A DNA stretch of 51,569 bases from an uncultured Saprospiraceae bacterium (GCA_937872405.1 CALMSP010000112.1:1-51569); one strand, 5' to 3'; shown: positions 29,154 through 39,101, counted from the stretch's first letter. Program-made: numbers and translations. The notes: generated from the sequence alone by a model not told the origin.

Positions 29154-30347
29154 GTGAAAAAACAACTCAGAACTATTGCCGTCACCGGAAACTATGCCCG
29201 CTGGGTGTATCAGTTTCGCATCGGTCTGTTACGCAAGCTCCAACAATCGGGCATTCAAGTCATCGTAGTGGCAGCCCCTGACCGATTCGAGCGTCGGTTT
29301 CTAAAAGAAAAATTTATATTCGAGCCAGTAAACATCAATTTTTACGGCAACAATCCATTGGATGACATCACCTTGGTTCGCCAGTTTTACCAAATCTATC
29401 GGCGACACAAGATTGATGCGGTGCTTCATTATACCATCAAACCAAATATTTTTGGCGGTATAGCGGCGGCACTACTTGGTATTCCTTCTTACGCAGTGGT
29501 CACGGGCATGGGGCATGTGAGTAATCCTGCCAATGGTATTGTTTCTTGGCTTGGCCTGAAATTGTATAAATTAGCTTTACCGCTTCATCGTAAAGTGCTG
29601 ACACTTAATGAGCGAGATGTAACTGAATTAATAGATATGAAAATGGTGCAGCCGAATAAACTACAAATGCTGTCCGGCGAAGGCGTAGATACGGGTTTTT
29701 TCAAACCACTGTCAGATAAGAAAATGCCAGATTATCCTAGTTTTCTATTTTCTGGTCGGCTTATTGCCGATAAAGGTATCTACGAATTTGTAGAGGCAGC
29801 GCGCCTGCTGCGTCAGCGCTATCCGTATGTGCGATTTCGCATTTTGGGTATGCTTGACCCTAATGGCATTCACTCCATTCCAATCGCTACGGTGAAGCAA
29901 TGGGTAAATGAAGGCGTGATCGAATACCTGGGCGAAACCCTTGATGTTCGTCCTTTTTTGGCTAAAGCAGACTGCGTGGTGCTGCCATCCTACTACCGCG
30001 AAGGGCTGTCGCGCATCTTGATGGAGGCTGCCAGTATGGAAACGCCCATCATAACCACCAACCAGCCAGGCTGTCGGGAAGTAGTAGAAGAGGGCCGTAC
30101 TGGATTTCTATGCGACTTGCGCAATGTGCCGGATTTAGTGGACAAAATGGAGCAGTTTATTCTAATGGATAAGGTGGATCGGCTCATCATGGGTAAGAAT
30201 GCGCGCTTAAAAATGGAACGCGAATTTGATGAACAGATTGTTATTCAGCAATATTTGAATTTGCTGCAAGAGCATTATACGTTGCCAGCTGCATTGTATC
30301 AATCTGGTCGCGTGACGCGGAAACAACTGGCTATCGCTGTAGATTAG
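29154..30347 (+). CDS. glycosyltransferase family 4 (GT-B, group 1)
   Basis: 397 aa (GTG start in the ORF track). The C-terminal GT-B half carries VVLPSYYREGLSRILMEAASMETPIITT, which includes the E-x7-E motif. Confidence 0.85.
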   Translation: MKKQLRTIAVTGNYARWVYQFRIGLLRKLQQSGIQVIVVAAPDRFERRFLKEKFIFEPVNINFYGNNPLDDITLVRQFYQIYRRHKIDAVLHYTIKPNIFGGIAAALLGIPSYAVVTGMGHVSNPANGIVSWLGLKLYKLALPLHRKVLTLNERDVTELIDMKMVQPNKLQMLSGEGVDTGFFKPLSDKKMPDYPSFLFSGRLIADKGIYEFVEAARLLRQRYPYVRFRILGMLDPNGIHSIPIATVKQWVNEGVIEYLGETLDVRPFLAKADCVVLPSYYREGLSRILMEAASMETPIITTNQPGCREVVEEGRTGFLCDLRNVPDLVDKMEQFILMDKVDRLIMGKNARLKMEREFDEQIVIQQYLNLLQEHYTLPAALYQSGRVTRKQLAIAVD

Positions 30348-31474
30348 CAAAGATAATCGTTCAAAATAGTGGCAATAGTTTCTGCGCTGTTGCCTTCGCC
30401 GAAAGGATTGCCGCCATCGGATGCGCGCCTATCGGCTGGCATTTGTAACAATTCCATCACAGCATTCTGTATTGTTTGACTATCTACGCTTACTTTCCAT
30501 ACAGCACCAGAGGCTTGCGCTTCTGGGCGCTCGGTGTGTGTCCGCATGACAATCACGCGCTTACCCAAGCTTGGTGCTTCCTCTTGTACGCCTCCACTGT
30601 CTGTAAGAATTAGATCACATTGCTGCATAGCCCAGACAAAAGCTTCGTAAGCTAAGGGTTCGACGAGGAGTAGATTGGGCAATGCTTTCGATAATTGGGT
30701 TGCCCATTGGCGGGCTACCGGATTCGGATGTACCGGCCAAAGCATAAAACAGGAGTTGATTGTCAATACATTACGAATAGCAGCGCTTATGGCTTCTTGA
30801 TGTTGGTATAGGTTCTCGCGGCGGTGCAGTGTGAGCAGCAGCATCTTATCATAGCTTTGTTGCAAGGGCTTCAACTGTTGGCGTAAGCGCTGTACAGATG
30901 GAGGCTCGTGCGTGCTGATTTGTGCGAGTGCCCAATGTAGCGCGTCCACTATCGTATTGCCGGTAAGGTGAATCTGCGCTTCGGGGACACCCTCTTGCAA
31001 CAAATGCTGCTTGGATAGCATCGTAGGGGCAAAGTGGATATCGGCGATGCGGGCAATCGCCTGGCGGTTGACTTCTTCTGGGAAAGGTGCTGTTTTATCA
31101 AAAGTGCGCAGCCCAGCTTCCACATGTGCTACCCGAACGCCCGCGTAGAAACTTGCCCAAGCACCGGCAAGCGCTGTATTGGTGTCGCCTTGTATCACCG
31201 TCAAATGGGGCTGGAAATCTTGTATTACTTTCGATAAATGCTCCAATAGATAAGCCATCTGATCGGCTAAGGTAAATTCGGTATGTAAAGCTTGTAACTG
31301 ATAATCCGGGCGGATGTCAAAAAAGTCGAATATAGGTAGCTTGAGTGCATGGTGTTGTCCGGTATCGCAGATGCGCAACTCGACACCTGCATATTTCTGC
31401 CGCAATGCCCGAATGACTGGCGCCAGTTTTATAGCCTCAGGGCGTGTGCCTATGATGATGAGTATTCTTTTCAT
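30344..31474 (-). CDS. wecB: UDP-N-acetylglucosamine 2-epimerase (non-hydrolysing)
   Basis: 376 aa with MKRILIIIGTRPEAIKLAPV, GDTNTALAGA, HVEAGLRT and TDSGGVQEEAPSLGKRVIVMR motifs. Confidence 0.9.
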   Translation of the reverse strand: MKRILIIIGTRPEAIKLAPVIRALRQKYAGVELRICDTGQHHALKLPIFDFFDIRPDYQLQALHTEFTLADQMAYLLEHLSKVIQDFQPHLTVIQGDTNTALAGAWASFYAGVRVAHVEAGLRTFDKTAPFPEEVNRQAIARIADIHFAPTMLSKQHLLQEGVPEAQIHLTGNTIVDALHWALAQISTHEPPSVQRLRQQLKPLQQSYDKMLLLTLHRRENLYQHQEAISAAIRNVLTINSCFMLWPVHPNPVARQWATQLSKALPNLLLVEPLAYEAFVWAMQQCDLILTDSGGVQEEAPSLGKRVIVMRTHTERPEAQASGAVWKVSVDSQTIQNAVMELLQMPADRRASDGGNPFGEGNSAETIATILNDYLC

Positions 31475-31497
31475 ACCTGATGCTACCCTTTAAAAAA

Positions 31498-31524
31498 GAA
31501 AAGGCAACCAAAAGTTGCCTTTTC
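31498..31524 (-). terminator. rho-independent terminator downstream of the 1322-aa gene
   Basis: On the minus strand it reads GAAAAGGCAAC-UUUUG-GUUGCCUUUUC followed directly by UUUUUUA. That is an 11-bp perfect stem plus a U tract, about 95 nt after the stop at 31618. Confidence 0.8.
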
Positions 31525-31617
31525 CGAAAGAAATCACCCGACTCTTGGTTTCGCCCTTTCGAGACAAAACCTGAAGAGAAATTTTGAATATTTTTGACAG
31601 CGGCTCTTTAAATGATC

Positions 31618-34600
31618 TTAAAATTCAACTGTTCTTGATTCTTCTGTAGAACCGCCTTCATTCGTTGCGATGATAATGACTTGGTTCGTACCGCGTTTCA
31701 ACTGGACGGTAGCTTCTATTCTTTTTGACGATGTGTTGTACGAAAAGTCATCAATTAGGACGCTATTTACAAAAATTTTAACACTTTCACGGCCTTTTAT
31801 GTTGTCTATTTTTGCAATTATTGTGCTACTACCCTCCTGTGGTCGGAAAGGATTGACCGTTGGTTGAGAAATAGACTCAATGTTGATGACGGGCGGCGCT
31901 ATGGTTCCTGCTTTTGGTTTGTACAAAATAGAAGTTTGCGCCTCGTTTGAGCCTGCTCGGTTTTGCACGCGGATACGCACGGTATTGGTATCCGGCGTTA
32001 GCGTCAATTCGGAAGTCAGCTGACCTTTCTTAGCGTCGTAGTTAAAGTCCGCCCATTCTTTACCATTCACCCAAAGGGTAATCTCTTCGCGTACCGCTAC
32101 ATTAATCAGCGTAGCTTGCAGGGTGTAGGTATTTTTATCTACTGTCACGCCCGCTCGGGCAGGTTGTGTGATCCGCACGGAAGGCGTAGGCAGGGTCACA
32201 ATAGGCGGTGTGTAAGTGACTTTCACTGTCGCTTCATCGCGGCCATCGCTGTTGCGAGCACTAATAAGAATGGTATTCTCGCCGGCTTTCAAATCTGCGG
32301 AAGCGGCAAAAGCGCTGCCATTGAGTGTAAATGCAGTTATGGTTACACCATTCACTTGAAAAGTTACATCCTGCGGTTTGCTTACGTTGGTAATGGTAGC
32401 CGTTACCGGAATTCGATTCTGGTTAGTGCTCCAGTTTTGCTGTGGTTCGGTGATCGTCACTACTGGCGGTTGCGGCATCACATAGCGCAGTACAAGGCTT
32501 GCCTCAGCTGCACCTGCACTGTTGGTAGCACGGATATTGACATCGTTGTCGCCTTGCCGCAGGTTCACTGTGCGCAGGGTAAGCTCACCAGATTTAGTAT
32601 CGAAGTTGAAAACGCGGGTTCCCACGCCGTTTACACGCACTGTGATATCGTTGATGCTACTCACATGCTGCACCCGGGCTTTTACGAGGTAAGTATTCGC
32701 GTTGATGTTAAATGACGAACTGCTTGGATCCGTAATGGTGACAAGGGGTTGCGGTACAGGCTGATAGCGCACCGTCACCGACTGCTCGTCAGAACCATCT
32801 GCATTGACTGCCCTTACGGAAATGGTGTTGGCACCTTCGCGGAGGGTGAGTTCGGCATTGAGTTCACTACCATTCCAGTTAAAATTAGTAACTGAATTGC
32901 CATTCAATCGCACCACAATGTCATTGCGATTGCTCACGTTGGTCACGCGCGCGCGCAGGGTGACATTCGCGCGCTCCGTGCTGCTGTTGTTGGCGGGCGC
33001 GCTGATACTCACGGTAGGCGGCGTTGCTCGGCGATAGCGTACATTGACCTGGTCATTAGCGTTGCCACTGTTGTTGCGAACTTCTAACCTAATCGTGTTA
33101 TTGCCATCATTGAGTGTAAGGGTAGCGGTCATTTCGCGGCGGTTGCGATCAAAATTGAAATTGCTGGTGCTACGGCCATTGACAAGCAAGTTGATTTGAT
33201 CCTTCGTGTCCACATGTTCCACCGTAGCCCGCAATTGGGCGGTCGCGTTGGCTGTTTCGCTATTATTTGTTGGGGCAGTGATACGCACCACCGGCAGTAG
33301 CTGCGCCCGACGGTAGCGGATATTGATGGTTTGTTCGTCGGTACCGTCGCGATTGGTTGCGCGAATGCGAATCGTGTTGTTACCTTCTTCCAATGGGGTC
33401 TGCGCCGTGAACTGCCCACGATTGAAATTGAAATTGCTCAGATTCCGGCCATTTACCGTAAAGGTGATATCCTGTGAGCTACTAACATTTTCAATACTGG
33501 CACGTATGTCAGCAGTTGGACTTTCCGTTTCACTATTGCTTGCTGGGCTATTTATACGCACCACTGGCAAGCGTGGCGGATTCGCTTGTTCTTCTATGCG
33601 TCGGATGGCAACACTTTGCCGGTCTTCGCCGTCGCGATTGAGGGCGCGAATGATAATATCATTGTTGCCAATGAGTAGATTCACATTTGCGACAAGCCGA
33701 CCACTGCTACTATCAAAGTTGAAATCCGTGCGCCGATTGCCATTTACCGAAAAGGTAATATCATTGCGGTTGCTGATATTAGTAACGATCGCCTCAATGC
33801 GCGCCGTAACCTGCGTGGTCGTGGAGGTGTTACGCGCTGGCTCTGTGATGCGCACGCTCGGCGGAAATACCTGTGGCTGCGGCGCTCGATACACAATGGT
33901 GACCTCGTCGCGGGCTTCGCCAGTTTGGTTGCGTGCAGTGATGACCACTGTATTCGCTCCAGCATCCAGATTGATATCAGCGGTGAATAAGCCTCGATTT
34001 TCATCATAATTAAAACCCCATACATTGCGACCATTTATGGTGAAGGTAATATCGCCGCGGCTCGCCACATGGCGCAAGGAAGCACTCACGCGGGCGGTAT
34101 TGTAAATGCTTTCTGCACGACCACCTGTTGGTTCTGTGATGTTGACAATGGGCGCTGGCAGGCGCGTTTCGCGGATGATGGTCACTTCTGATACATCGTT
34201 ACCAGCAGCATTGCTTGCTCGAATTTGCACACGGTTATCGCCTTCGCGGAGCGGTATATTGGCGCGTAGGATGCCATTGTCAAAATTGAAATCGCGCGGG
34301 GCCCCATTTACCGTAAAGGTAACATCGCGGCGATTGCTCACATGGTCAATAGAAGCGCGAATCCCGAAATCGCTTTCGCCAGTATATTCGCTGCTTGTTG
34401 TCGGATTAATAAACCGAATCATGGGTGCCTGTTGGCGTGGTGGGTCCGCTATGATGTTGTCTTGATAAACCAATACAATGGTTTTGCGATCCTGTCCATG
34501 GGCATTGCGGGCAACAATGGTTACTTCGTTGCTGCCGAGGCGCAGTGGCGAATCCAATGAGAAACGACCTTGGCTAAAGCGGAAAGGTGTTGAACGACCA

Positions 34601-35586
34601 TTTACAATGCAATCCACGTCGGCAGCGCTGTTGATATAGCGAATATTAGCAACTACCAGCCCATTGGCGCTATTGGTTGTAAAGGGGGATCCCAACGGTG
34701 AGATGATGTCAATCTCTGGCGCGCGCGACAAGGGCTTCTCGCGGTCGGGCTGAATCAACCAGCGCAAGCCCAGGTGGGTGTAATGGTAGCGGTCATTCCG
34801 CATACCAGTCATGGGGGTTGCATCGAGGTAATCCGTGCCGGTGTAAGCCGTGCGATGCCCTACATAAAGCAGGAAATTAGGCGATAAATGATACCCCAAT
34901 TCAAGCCCCAGGTTTAAAGCACCCGAGACATTGAAATCCGCGCCGCGCTCGTTGCTGGCGGCGGTTTCGTAAGTGCCGTCGAGCAGGCTACGCAGGTCGC
35001 GCCGAATAGCAGTGTTGCCCAGCCGAGTATCAATGCCACTATAGCCTTGCGCGTATTCTTGCCCTTGGGCATTTACTTGGTCCGCATAAGCGCCATAGCC
35101 CACAAGCCCAAGCCCTCCAAAGAGCGCCAAATGAATGTTAGTGCGCTCTCGCAAGCGATTGAGCGTGAGCAATCCTTCCAACGCCAGTTCACCGGTTGTG
35201 GTTTTGTGATTAAGATACGCCAGCCCGATATTGGTATAATCTGGCCCAAAGGTACCATTGAGTGTTGGATTGCGCAGCAGATCCGTAGTGGCCAGCGGTT
35301 TTGTATCCAGCCCGTACTGCCGCGCATAGAGTAGGCGGCCCCGTAGGTCAAAAGCAAATATAGACCCCGGCTGATAGTACAGATTTTTACCAAGCGTAAG
35401 CCCAAGTCCAAAACCGTCAAGCGTAGCGGGTACATGGCTCGACTGATAAGATAGCCCAGCATTGATGCCAAAAATCCAATAGCCTGGGGCATACGTGTTG
35501 CCTGTGTTGGTACGCTGCTGTGCATGCGCGTGCAGGGAAAGACTCAGCGCGAGCAACAGCATGTAGATGTTTCGGATGGTTTTCAT
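31618..35586 (-). CDS. outer-membrane beta-barrel domain protein with 11 tandem Ig-like repeats
   Basis: 1322 aa with a signal peptide (LLLALSLSLHAHAQQ). About 280 aa of G/Y/L-rich alternating strands look like OmpA-N/porin-type barrels (GLGLTLG, ALEGLLTLN, GGLGLVGYG, LGLELGY, HLGLRWL). Eleven repeats of 90-100 aa follow, with a shared pattern. Confidence 0.85.
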   Translation of the reverse strand: MKTIRNIYMLLLALSLSLHAHAQQRTNTGNTYAPGYWIFGINAGLSYQSSHVPATLDGFGLGLTLGKNLYYQPGSIFAFDLRGRLLYARQYGLDTKPLATTDLLRNPTLNGTFGPDYTNIGLAYLNHKTTTGELALEGLLTLNRLRERTNIHLALFGGLGLVGYGAYADQVNAQGQEYAQGYSGIDTRLGNTAIRRDLRSLLDGTYETAASNERGADFNVSGALNLGLELGYHLSPNFLLYVGHRTAYTGTDYLDATPMTGMRNDRYHYTHLGLRWLIQPDREKPLSRAPEIDIISPLGSPFTTNSANGLVVANIRYINSAADVDCIVNGRSTPFRFSQGRFSLDSPLRLGSNEVTIVARNAHGQDRKTIVLVYQDNIIADPPRQQAPMIRFINPTTSSEYTGESDFGIRASIDHVSNRRDVTFTVNGAPRDFNFDNGILRANIPLREGDNRVQIRASNAAGNDVSEVTIIRETRLPAPIVNITEPTGGRAESIYNTARVSASLRHVASRGDITFTINGRNVWGFNYDENRGLFTADINLDAGANTVVITARNQTGEARDEVTIVYRAPQPQVFPPSVRITEPARNTSTTTQVTARIEAIVTNISNRNDITFSVNGNRRTDFNFDSSSGRLVANVNLLIGNNDIIIRALNRDGEDRQSVAIRRIEEQANPPRLPVVRINSPASNSETESPTADIRASIENVSSSQDITFTVNGRNLSNFNFNRGQFTAQTPLEEGNNTIRIRATNRDGTDEQTINIRYRRAQLLPVVRITAPTNNSETANATAQLRATVEHVDTKDQINLLVNGRSTSNFNFDRNRREMTATLTLNDGNNTIRLEVRNNSGNANDQVNVRYRRATPPTVSISAPANNSSTERANVTLRARVTNVSNRNDIVVRLNGNSVTNFNWNGSELNAELTLREGANTISVRAVNADGSDEQSVTVRYQPVPQPLVTITDPSSSSFNINANTYLVKARVQHVSSINDITVRVNGVGTRVFNFDTKSGELTLRTVNLRQGDNDVNIRATNSAGAAEASLVLRYVMPQPPVVTITEPQQNWSTNQNRIPVTATITNVSKPQDVTFQVNGVTITAFTLNGSAFAASADLKAGENTILISARNSDGRDEATVKVTYTPPIVTLPTPSVRITQPARAGVTVDKNTYTLQATLINVAVREEITLWVNGKEWADFNYDAKKGQLTSELTLTPDTNTVRIRVQNRAGSNEAQTSILYKPKAGTIAPPVINIESISQPTVNPFRPQEGSSTIIAKIDNIKGRESVKIFVNSVLIDDFSYNTSSKRIEATVQLKRGTNQVIIIATNEGGSTEESRTVEF
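31621..34722 (-). repeat. coding tandem array: 11 diverged repeats of about 276-300 nt (about 92-100 aa)
   Basis: Each unit follows P-x-V-x-I-T-x-P...(A/V)-x-(I/V)-x-N-V-S-x-x-x-D-I-T-F-x-V-N-G...F-N-F-D...L-x-x-G-x-N-x-(I/V)-x-I-x-A-x-N-x-x-G-x-D-E-x-x-(V/I)-x-(V/I)-x-Y. The units have diverged at the DNA level, so this is not recent amplification. Confidence 0.85.
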
Positions 35587-35998
35587 ATTATTCAGGATTT
35601 TAATGTGCTTGCATAAAACAGTTGGTCTAAAGCGATACCGCTAAGATAAAGGCTTCCAATAGGACTTCCAAACCTTATAATATTATGATTTTAACAAAAA
35701 TGAGCGCTGTGAGATAGGTTGTGCTTGCAACGGACAACATCAGAAATTAATCACATGTGTTAAAAATATAATTTTTAAATCGCAGATTTAACGCGACTTT
35801 AATATAGATACGGTGCTTTGGTAAGAATTTTTTTGCAAAAGCTACGGCAAATACAGAAGCAAGATCGAACAAGATGTGTTTCAATAACTCGACTTTAGTC
35901 TAATATATGCAATGACCGGATGACTCCGAGCCACCCAGTCATTACCAACCCGGCATTTATTGGGCGCCAACTGCGCGCTATGCCTTGTCCATAGGGAC

Positions 35999-36241
35999 TC
36001 AAGGCTTCAATGGGCGCCGAGGAGGTTGATTAACGGGCTGAGTAGTAGTAGCACCAGCACGCTGGGCAGCCGGCGTTGTTTCTTTTTCTGCGGTTTCAGC
36101 TTTGTTACTGCTTGCATAATAAATGCCACCGAGCAGCAGCAGGTGAAACAAAAGCGTAAGAAAAAGCGCCGTAGCGCGATTCTGGCGGTTGCGTTGAGCT
36201 TCAAATCGGTTGTTCATAGCGCGGGGGATTTTGGAGATCAA
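35999..36241 (-). CDS. possible small single-pass membrane protein (TonB-N-terminus-like), doubtful
   Basis: 80-aa ORF (or from the Met at 36217): basic N-terminus, one TM helix (ALFLTLLFHLLLLGGIYYA), then a Pro/Thr/Ala-rich tail. ORFs in two other frames overlap it, so coding status is uncertain. Confidence 0.3.
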   Translation of the reverse strand: MISKIPRAMNNRFEAQRNRQNRATALFLTLLFHLLLLGGIYYASSNKAETAEKETTPAAQRAGATTTQPVNQPPRRPLKP

Positions 36242-36388
36242 AGAATCGGTTTCTCACTAATCTAACGATCCGAAAATTCGAAATATTTTTGAAAGAGACG
36301 CTAAGAAAAACGAAAAAAGGTTAATTTTTCATTAAATTATGTGCATATTACATCATACTTTCGTAAAAACATGATAAAAACAAACCTT

Positions 36389-36886
36389 TTACAAAGGTGC
36401 TTGGCGTATCTTTAGGCTGATGCTTCGTATGCCGGTAATTGGCGTTTCGCGCATAAATTGTTCTAATAAAATAGTATAACGTCCAGGCTGGTTGAAATAA
36501 GTATTTTGTTGGATGGGTAGTTCAAGTCGGCAAGTACGGCTACTGCATTTGCCCTGCCAAAGCCCCAATTCATTGGACAATTCAAAGGAAATGGGTTTGT
36601 TTAAACGCTGCCCATCGGGGAAGACGGTATGGATGCGGGTGTACAGATTCTGCCAAGGATAGTCGGTGCTGTGCTCAATGGCAACCAGCAAATCGTAGCG
36701 TTGCGTTGTGTCAGGAATATCAAAAGAAAAGCGCAGTGTATCGGCATAGTCCCAACTGGCATTGGGCAGGGAATGGGTTTGCTCGAATAAGTAGCGTGGC
36801 TTACAGGCAGCAACGAGGATCAGAGTACCTACGACAAGCAGTCGTATCAATGGAGCAGACATATTACGCATATTCAGATCGGGCAA
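36389..36886 (-). CDS. gldH: gliding motility lipoprotein GldH
   Basis: 165 aa with a lipobox (LILVAAC). The layout is LFEQTHSLPNASWDYADTLRFSFDIPDTTQRYDLLVAIEHSTDYPWQNLYTRIHTVFPDG ... PGRYTILLEQFMR. It parallels Flavobacterium GldH as I recall it. Confidence 0.65.
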   Translation of the reverse strand: MPDLNMRNMSAPLIRLLVVGTLILVAACKPRYLFEQTHSLPNASWDYADTLRFSFDIPDTTQRYDLLVAIEHSTDYPWQNLYTRIHTVFPDGQRLNKPISFELSNELGLWQGKCSSRTCRLELPIQQNTYFNQPGRYTILLEQFMRETPITGIRSISLKIRQAPL

Positions 36887-36941
36887 ATGGTATTGATGTG
36901 CGGGGCATTCGCCAGAAGCCGGAACGCCCCACAGGCGCGTA

Positions 36942-38108
36942 TTATTTGAAATAGTCTTTCATTTTAGCAAAAAAACCCTTTTCGCCTTTTATGGGCTGCG
37001 GCTGAAAGTTGGGCATATTGCGTAGCTTTTCGAGTAGTTGGCGCTCCTCTTCTGTAACCTTTTTGGGCGTCCATACATTCACATGAATGAGCTGGTCGCC
37101 GCGGCCATACGCTTGCACGGCAGGCAATCCTTTATCTTTCAATCGAAATATTTTACCCGACTGCGTTCCTGGTGGTATTTTGATTTTCACTTTACCATCA
37201 ATAGTAGGTACTTCCGTGCTCACGCCCAGTGCAGCATCTGCAAAATTGATGTACAAATCATGTACGAGGTTCATGCCATCGCGTTGCAAATAGTCGTGCG
37301 GCTTTTCTTCAATAGTGATAAGCAGATCGCCTGGGGGCCCACCCTTCAGGCCCGCGTTGCCCTTGCCACGCCAGGACAATTGCATCCCTTCTTCCACACC
37401 CGCTGGGATATCGAGGTCAATCGTTTCTTCACCATATATTACGCCGTCGCCTTTACATTTGGAGCAGTTGGCTGTAACGGTTGTGCCAGCTCCATTACAA
37501 GTTGGGCAGGTTACAGTGGTTTGCATTTGCCCCATAAAGGTACTCCTTACTTGGCGCACGTACCCAGCGCCTCGGCAGGTACCGCAAGTGCTGACCGCGT
37601 TGCTGTCCTTGGCACCAGAGCCATTACAAACATCACAAGTGACTTGCTTTTTGACTTTGATTTTTTTGACTACGCCGGTCGCAATTTCCTCTAAAGTGAG
37701 GGCTACTTTAATGCGCAGGTTGGTTCCGCGTTGCCCACGAGTTCTGGCGCCACCGCTGCGTCGCCCGTCGTTCGTATCAAAAAAAGTTGAAAACGGATCG
37801 CCGCCGCCGGAACCAAATATATCGCCAAATTGCCGCAGGATGTCCTCCATAGTCATACCACCGCCACCATAGCCCCGTGTGCCATCAACACCAGCATGCC
37901 CGAAGCGGTTGTAATTTTCGCGCTTTTCGAGGTCACTGAGTACTTCGTAAGCCTCAGCAGCCTCCTTGAATTTTTCTTCGGCGTCTTTGTTATCAGGATT
38001 GCGGTCTGGGTGATATTGCAACGCCAGTTTGCGATATGCCTTGCGGATTTCTTCCTGATCAGCGTTTTTGGGTACACCCAGTACGTCGTAATAATCGCGT
38101 TTAGCCAT
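36942..38108 (-). CDS. dnaJ: molecular chaperone DnaJ
   Basis: J domain with HPD (YHPDRNP), a G/F-rich linker, and four CxxCxGxG zinc motifs ([32 protein letters not shown]). Confidence 0.95.
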   Translation of the reverse strand: MAKRDYYDVLGVPKNADQEEIRKAYRKLALQYHPDRNPDNKDAEEKFKEAAEAYEVLSDLEKRENYNRFGHAGVDGTRGYGGGGMTMEDILRQFGDIFGSGGGDPFSTFFDTNDGRRSGGARTRGQRGTNLRIKVALTLEEIATGVVKKIKVKKQVTCDVCNGSGAKDSNAVSTCGTCRGAGYVRQVRSTFMGQMQTTVTCPTCNGAGTTVTANCSKCKGDGVIYGEETIDLDIPAGVEEGMQLSWRGKGNAGLKGGPPGDLLITIEEKPHDYLQRDGMNLVHDLYINFADAALGVSTEVPTIDGKVKIKIPPGTQSGKIFRLKDKGLPAVQAYGRGDQLIHVNVWTPKKVTEEERQLLEKLRNMPNFQPQPIKGEKGFFAKMKDYFK

Positions 38109-38132
38109 GTCCGAATTTTGATTCGTGGGTTT

Positions 38133-38744
38133 TTATTTCCCGACAACAACTTTTGCGTGGCGAATAATTTTATCCCCAAGCATATAACCTTTTTCGATGG
38201 TATCCACCACCTTACCTTTCAGGTCTTCACTTGGTGCGGGTATTTCTGTTATAGCGGCATGCAACTCAGGGTTGAATGGCTCACCTGTGCTGTGCATAAC
38301 CTCTAATCCCTTGTTTTTCAGGGTATTATATAATTTTTGATACACTAATTGTATGCCATCCGACAGTTGTTCGTTGTGAGCAGCCCGGTCAAAATCATCC
38401 AATACTGGCAGCAGGGCGGTCAGAATGTCCTGTGAAGCGGTTTTCATCATGTCCAATTTTTCCCGAACAGTACGCCGCTTATGATTTTCAAACTCCGCAA
38501 GCAGCCGGATATGCTTGTCCTTCAGGTCTTCATAATCCTTCTGAATGGTTTGTAGTTCGGTATGTATGTGCTCGAGTGTATGTTGGTGCGTATCCAGCCG
38601 CTCCGGGTCTGGTATAAATTCCTCCGTAGCGATTGGCTGTTCTTCACCAGCTACAACTTCTTGGTAATCAGGAGTTTCCTGAAGTTGTTCTCGATTATCC
38701 ACAGGCTCTTTGTTGACCATTTTTGTCTGTTTTTTCTTCCACAT
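38133..38744 (-). CDS. grpE: nucleotide exchange factor GrpE
   Basis: 203 aa with an acidic N-terminus, a long helix with KDKHIRLLAEFENHKRR, and a C-terminal beta domain ending VVDTIEKGYMLGDKIIRHAKVVVGK. It sits directly upstream of dnaJ. Confidence 0.9.
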   Translation of the reverse strand: MWKKKQTKMVNKEPVDNREQLQETPDYQEVVAGEEQPIATEEFIPDPERLDTHQHTLEHIHTELQTIQKDYEDLKDKHIRLLAEFENHKRRTVREKLDMMKTASQDILTALLPVLDDFDRAAHNEQLSDGIQLVYQKLYNTLKNKGLEVMHSTGEPFNPELHAAITEIPAPSEDLKGKVVDTIEKGYMLGDKIIRHAKVVVGK

Positions 38745-39101
38745 AACAGGGCATATCTAATCAGAAGACAGTTATTTTGACAAAGATGTTGCCACCGCTT
38801 CTGATCATAAACTTTGTTTACAACGCATTTGTTTCACTGCAATTTTGCTGCCAGTCTCCTACGACCGCCATTTTGTCATCTTTATAAAATGATGCTTCAT
38901 ACATTTGCATTTATTTTGGGCTGTTCAACCGTTTTTTTCTACGAAGGTGAAACGATTGGGCAATAGTTGCGTATCAAAAAACGATACAATGGAGTTTGTA
39001 ATTCGTAAAGGTACACTATATTGGCTCTCCATTACAAGTAGCGGCCGATGGCAGGCTACCCAGCAGAACAGCAATATAGAGGACTTTCAATCAAAAAGTA
39101 C

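Noticed and set aside
32116-34009. Long plus-strand ORFs (199 aa at 32116-32715, 228 aa at 33323-34009, and others) antisense to the 1322-aa gene
   Set aside because: These are shadow ORFs inside a much longer, repeat-structured minus-strand gene. Their products are low-complexity Arg/Ser/Cys-rich strings with no domain features.
31621-34722. Highly periodic tandem repeats that could be mistaken for a CRISPR or satellite array
   Set aside because: The period is about 280-300 nt and lies entirely within one long open reading frame. The units are conserved at the protein level rather than the DNA level, and there is no short-repeat/spacer structure. It is a coding domain array.
37038-37872. 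Plus-strand ORFs of 218 aa and 185 aa overlapping dnaJ
   Set aside because: They are antisense to an unmistakable dnaJ (HPD, four CxxCxGxG motifs). Their translations are Pro/Arg-rich nonsense.
38745-39101. 357-bp divergent intergenic region upstream of grpE, checked for a CIRCE heat-shock operator; also the 66-aa ORF at 38905-39105
   Set aside because: No TTAGCACTC-N9-GAGTGCTAA-like inverted repeat is present. The small ORF has no signal or features and overlaps the likely promoter and leader of the flavin reductase gene.
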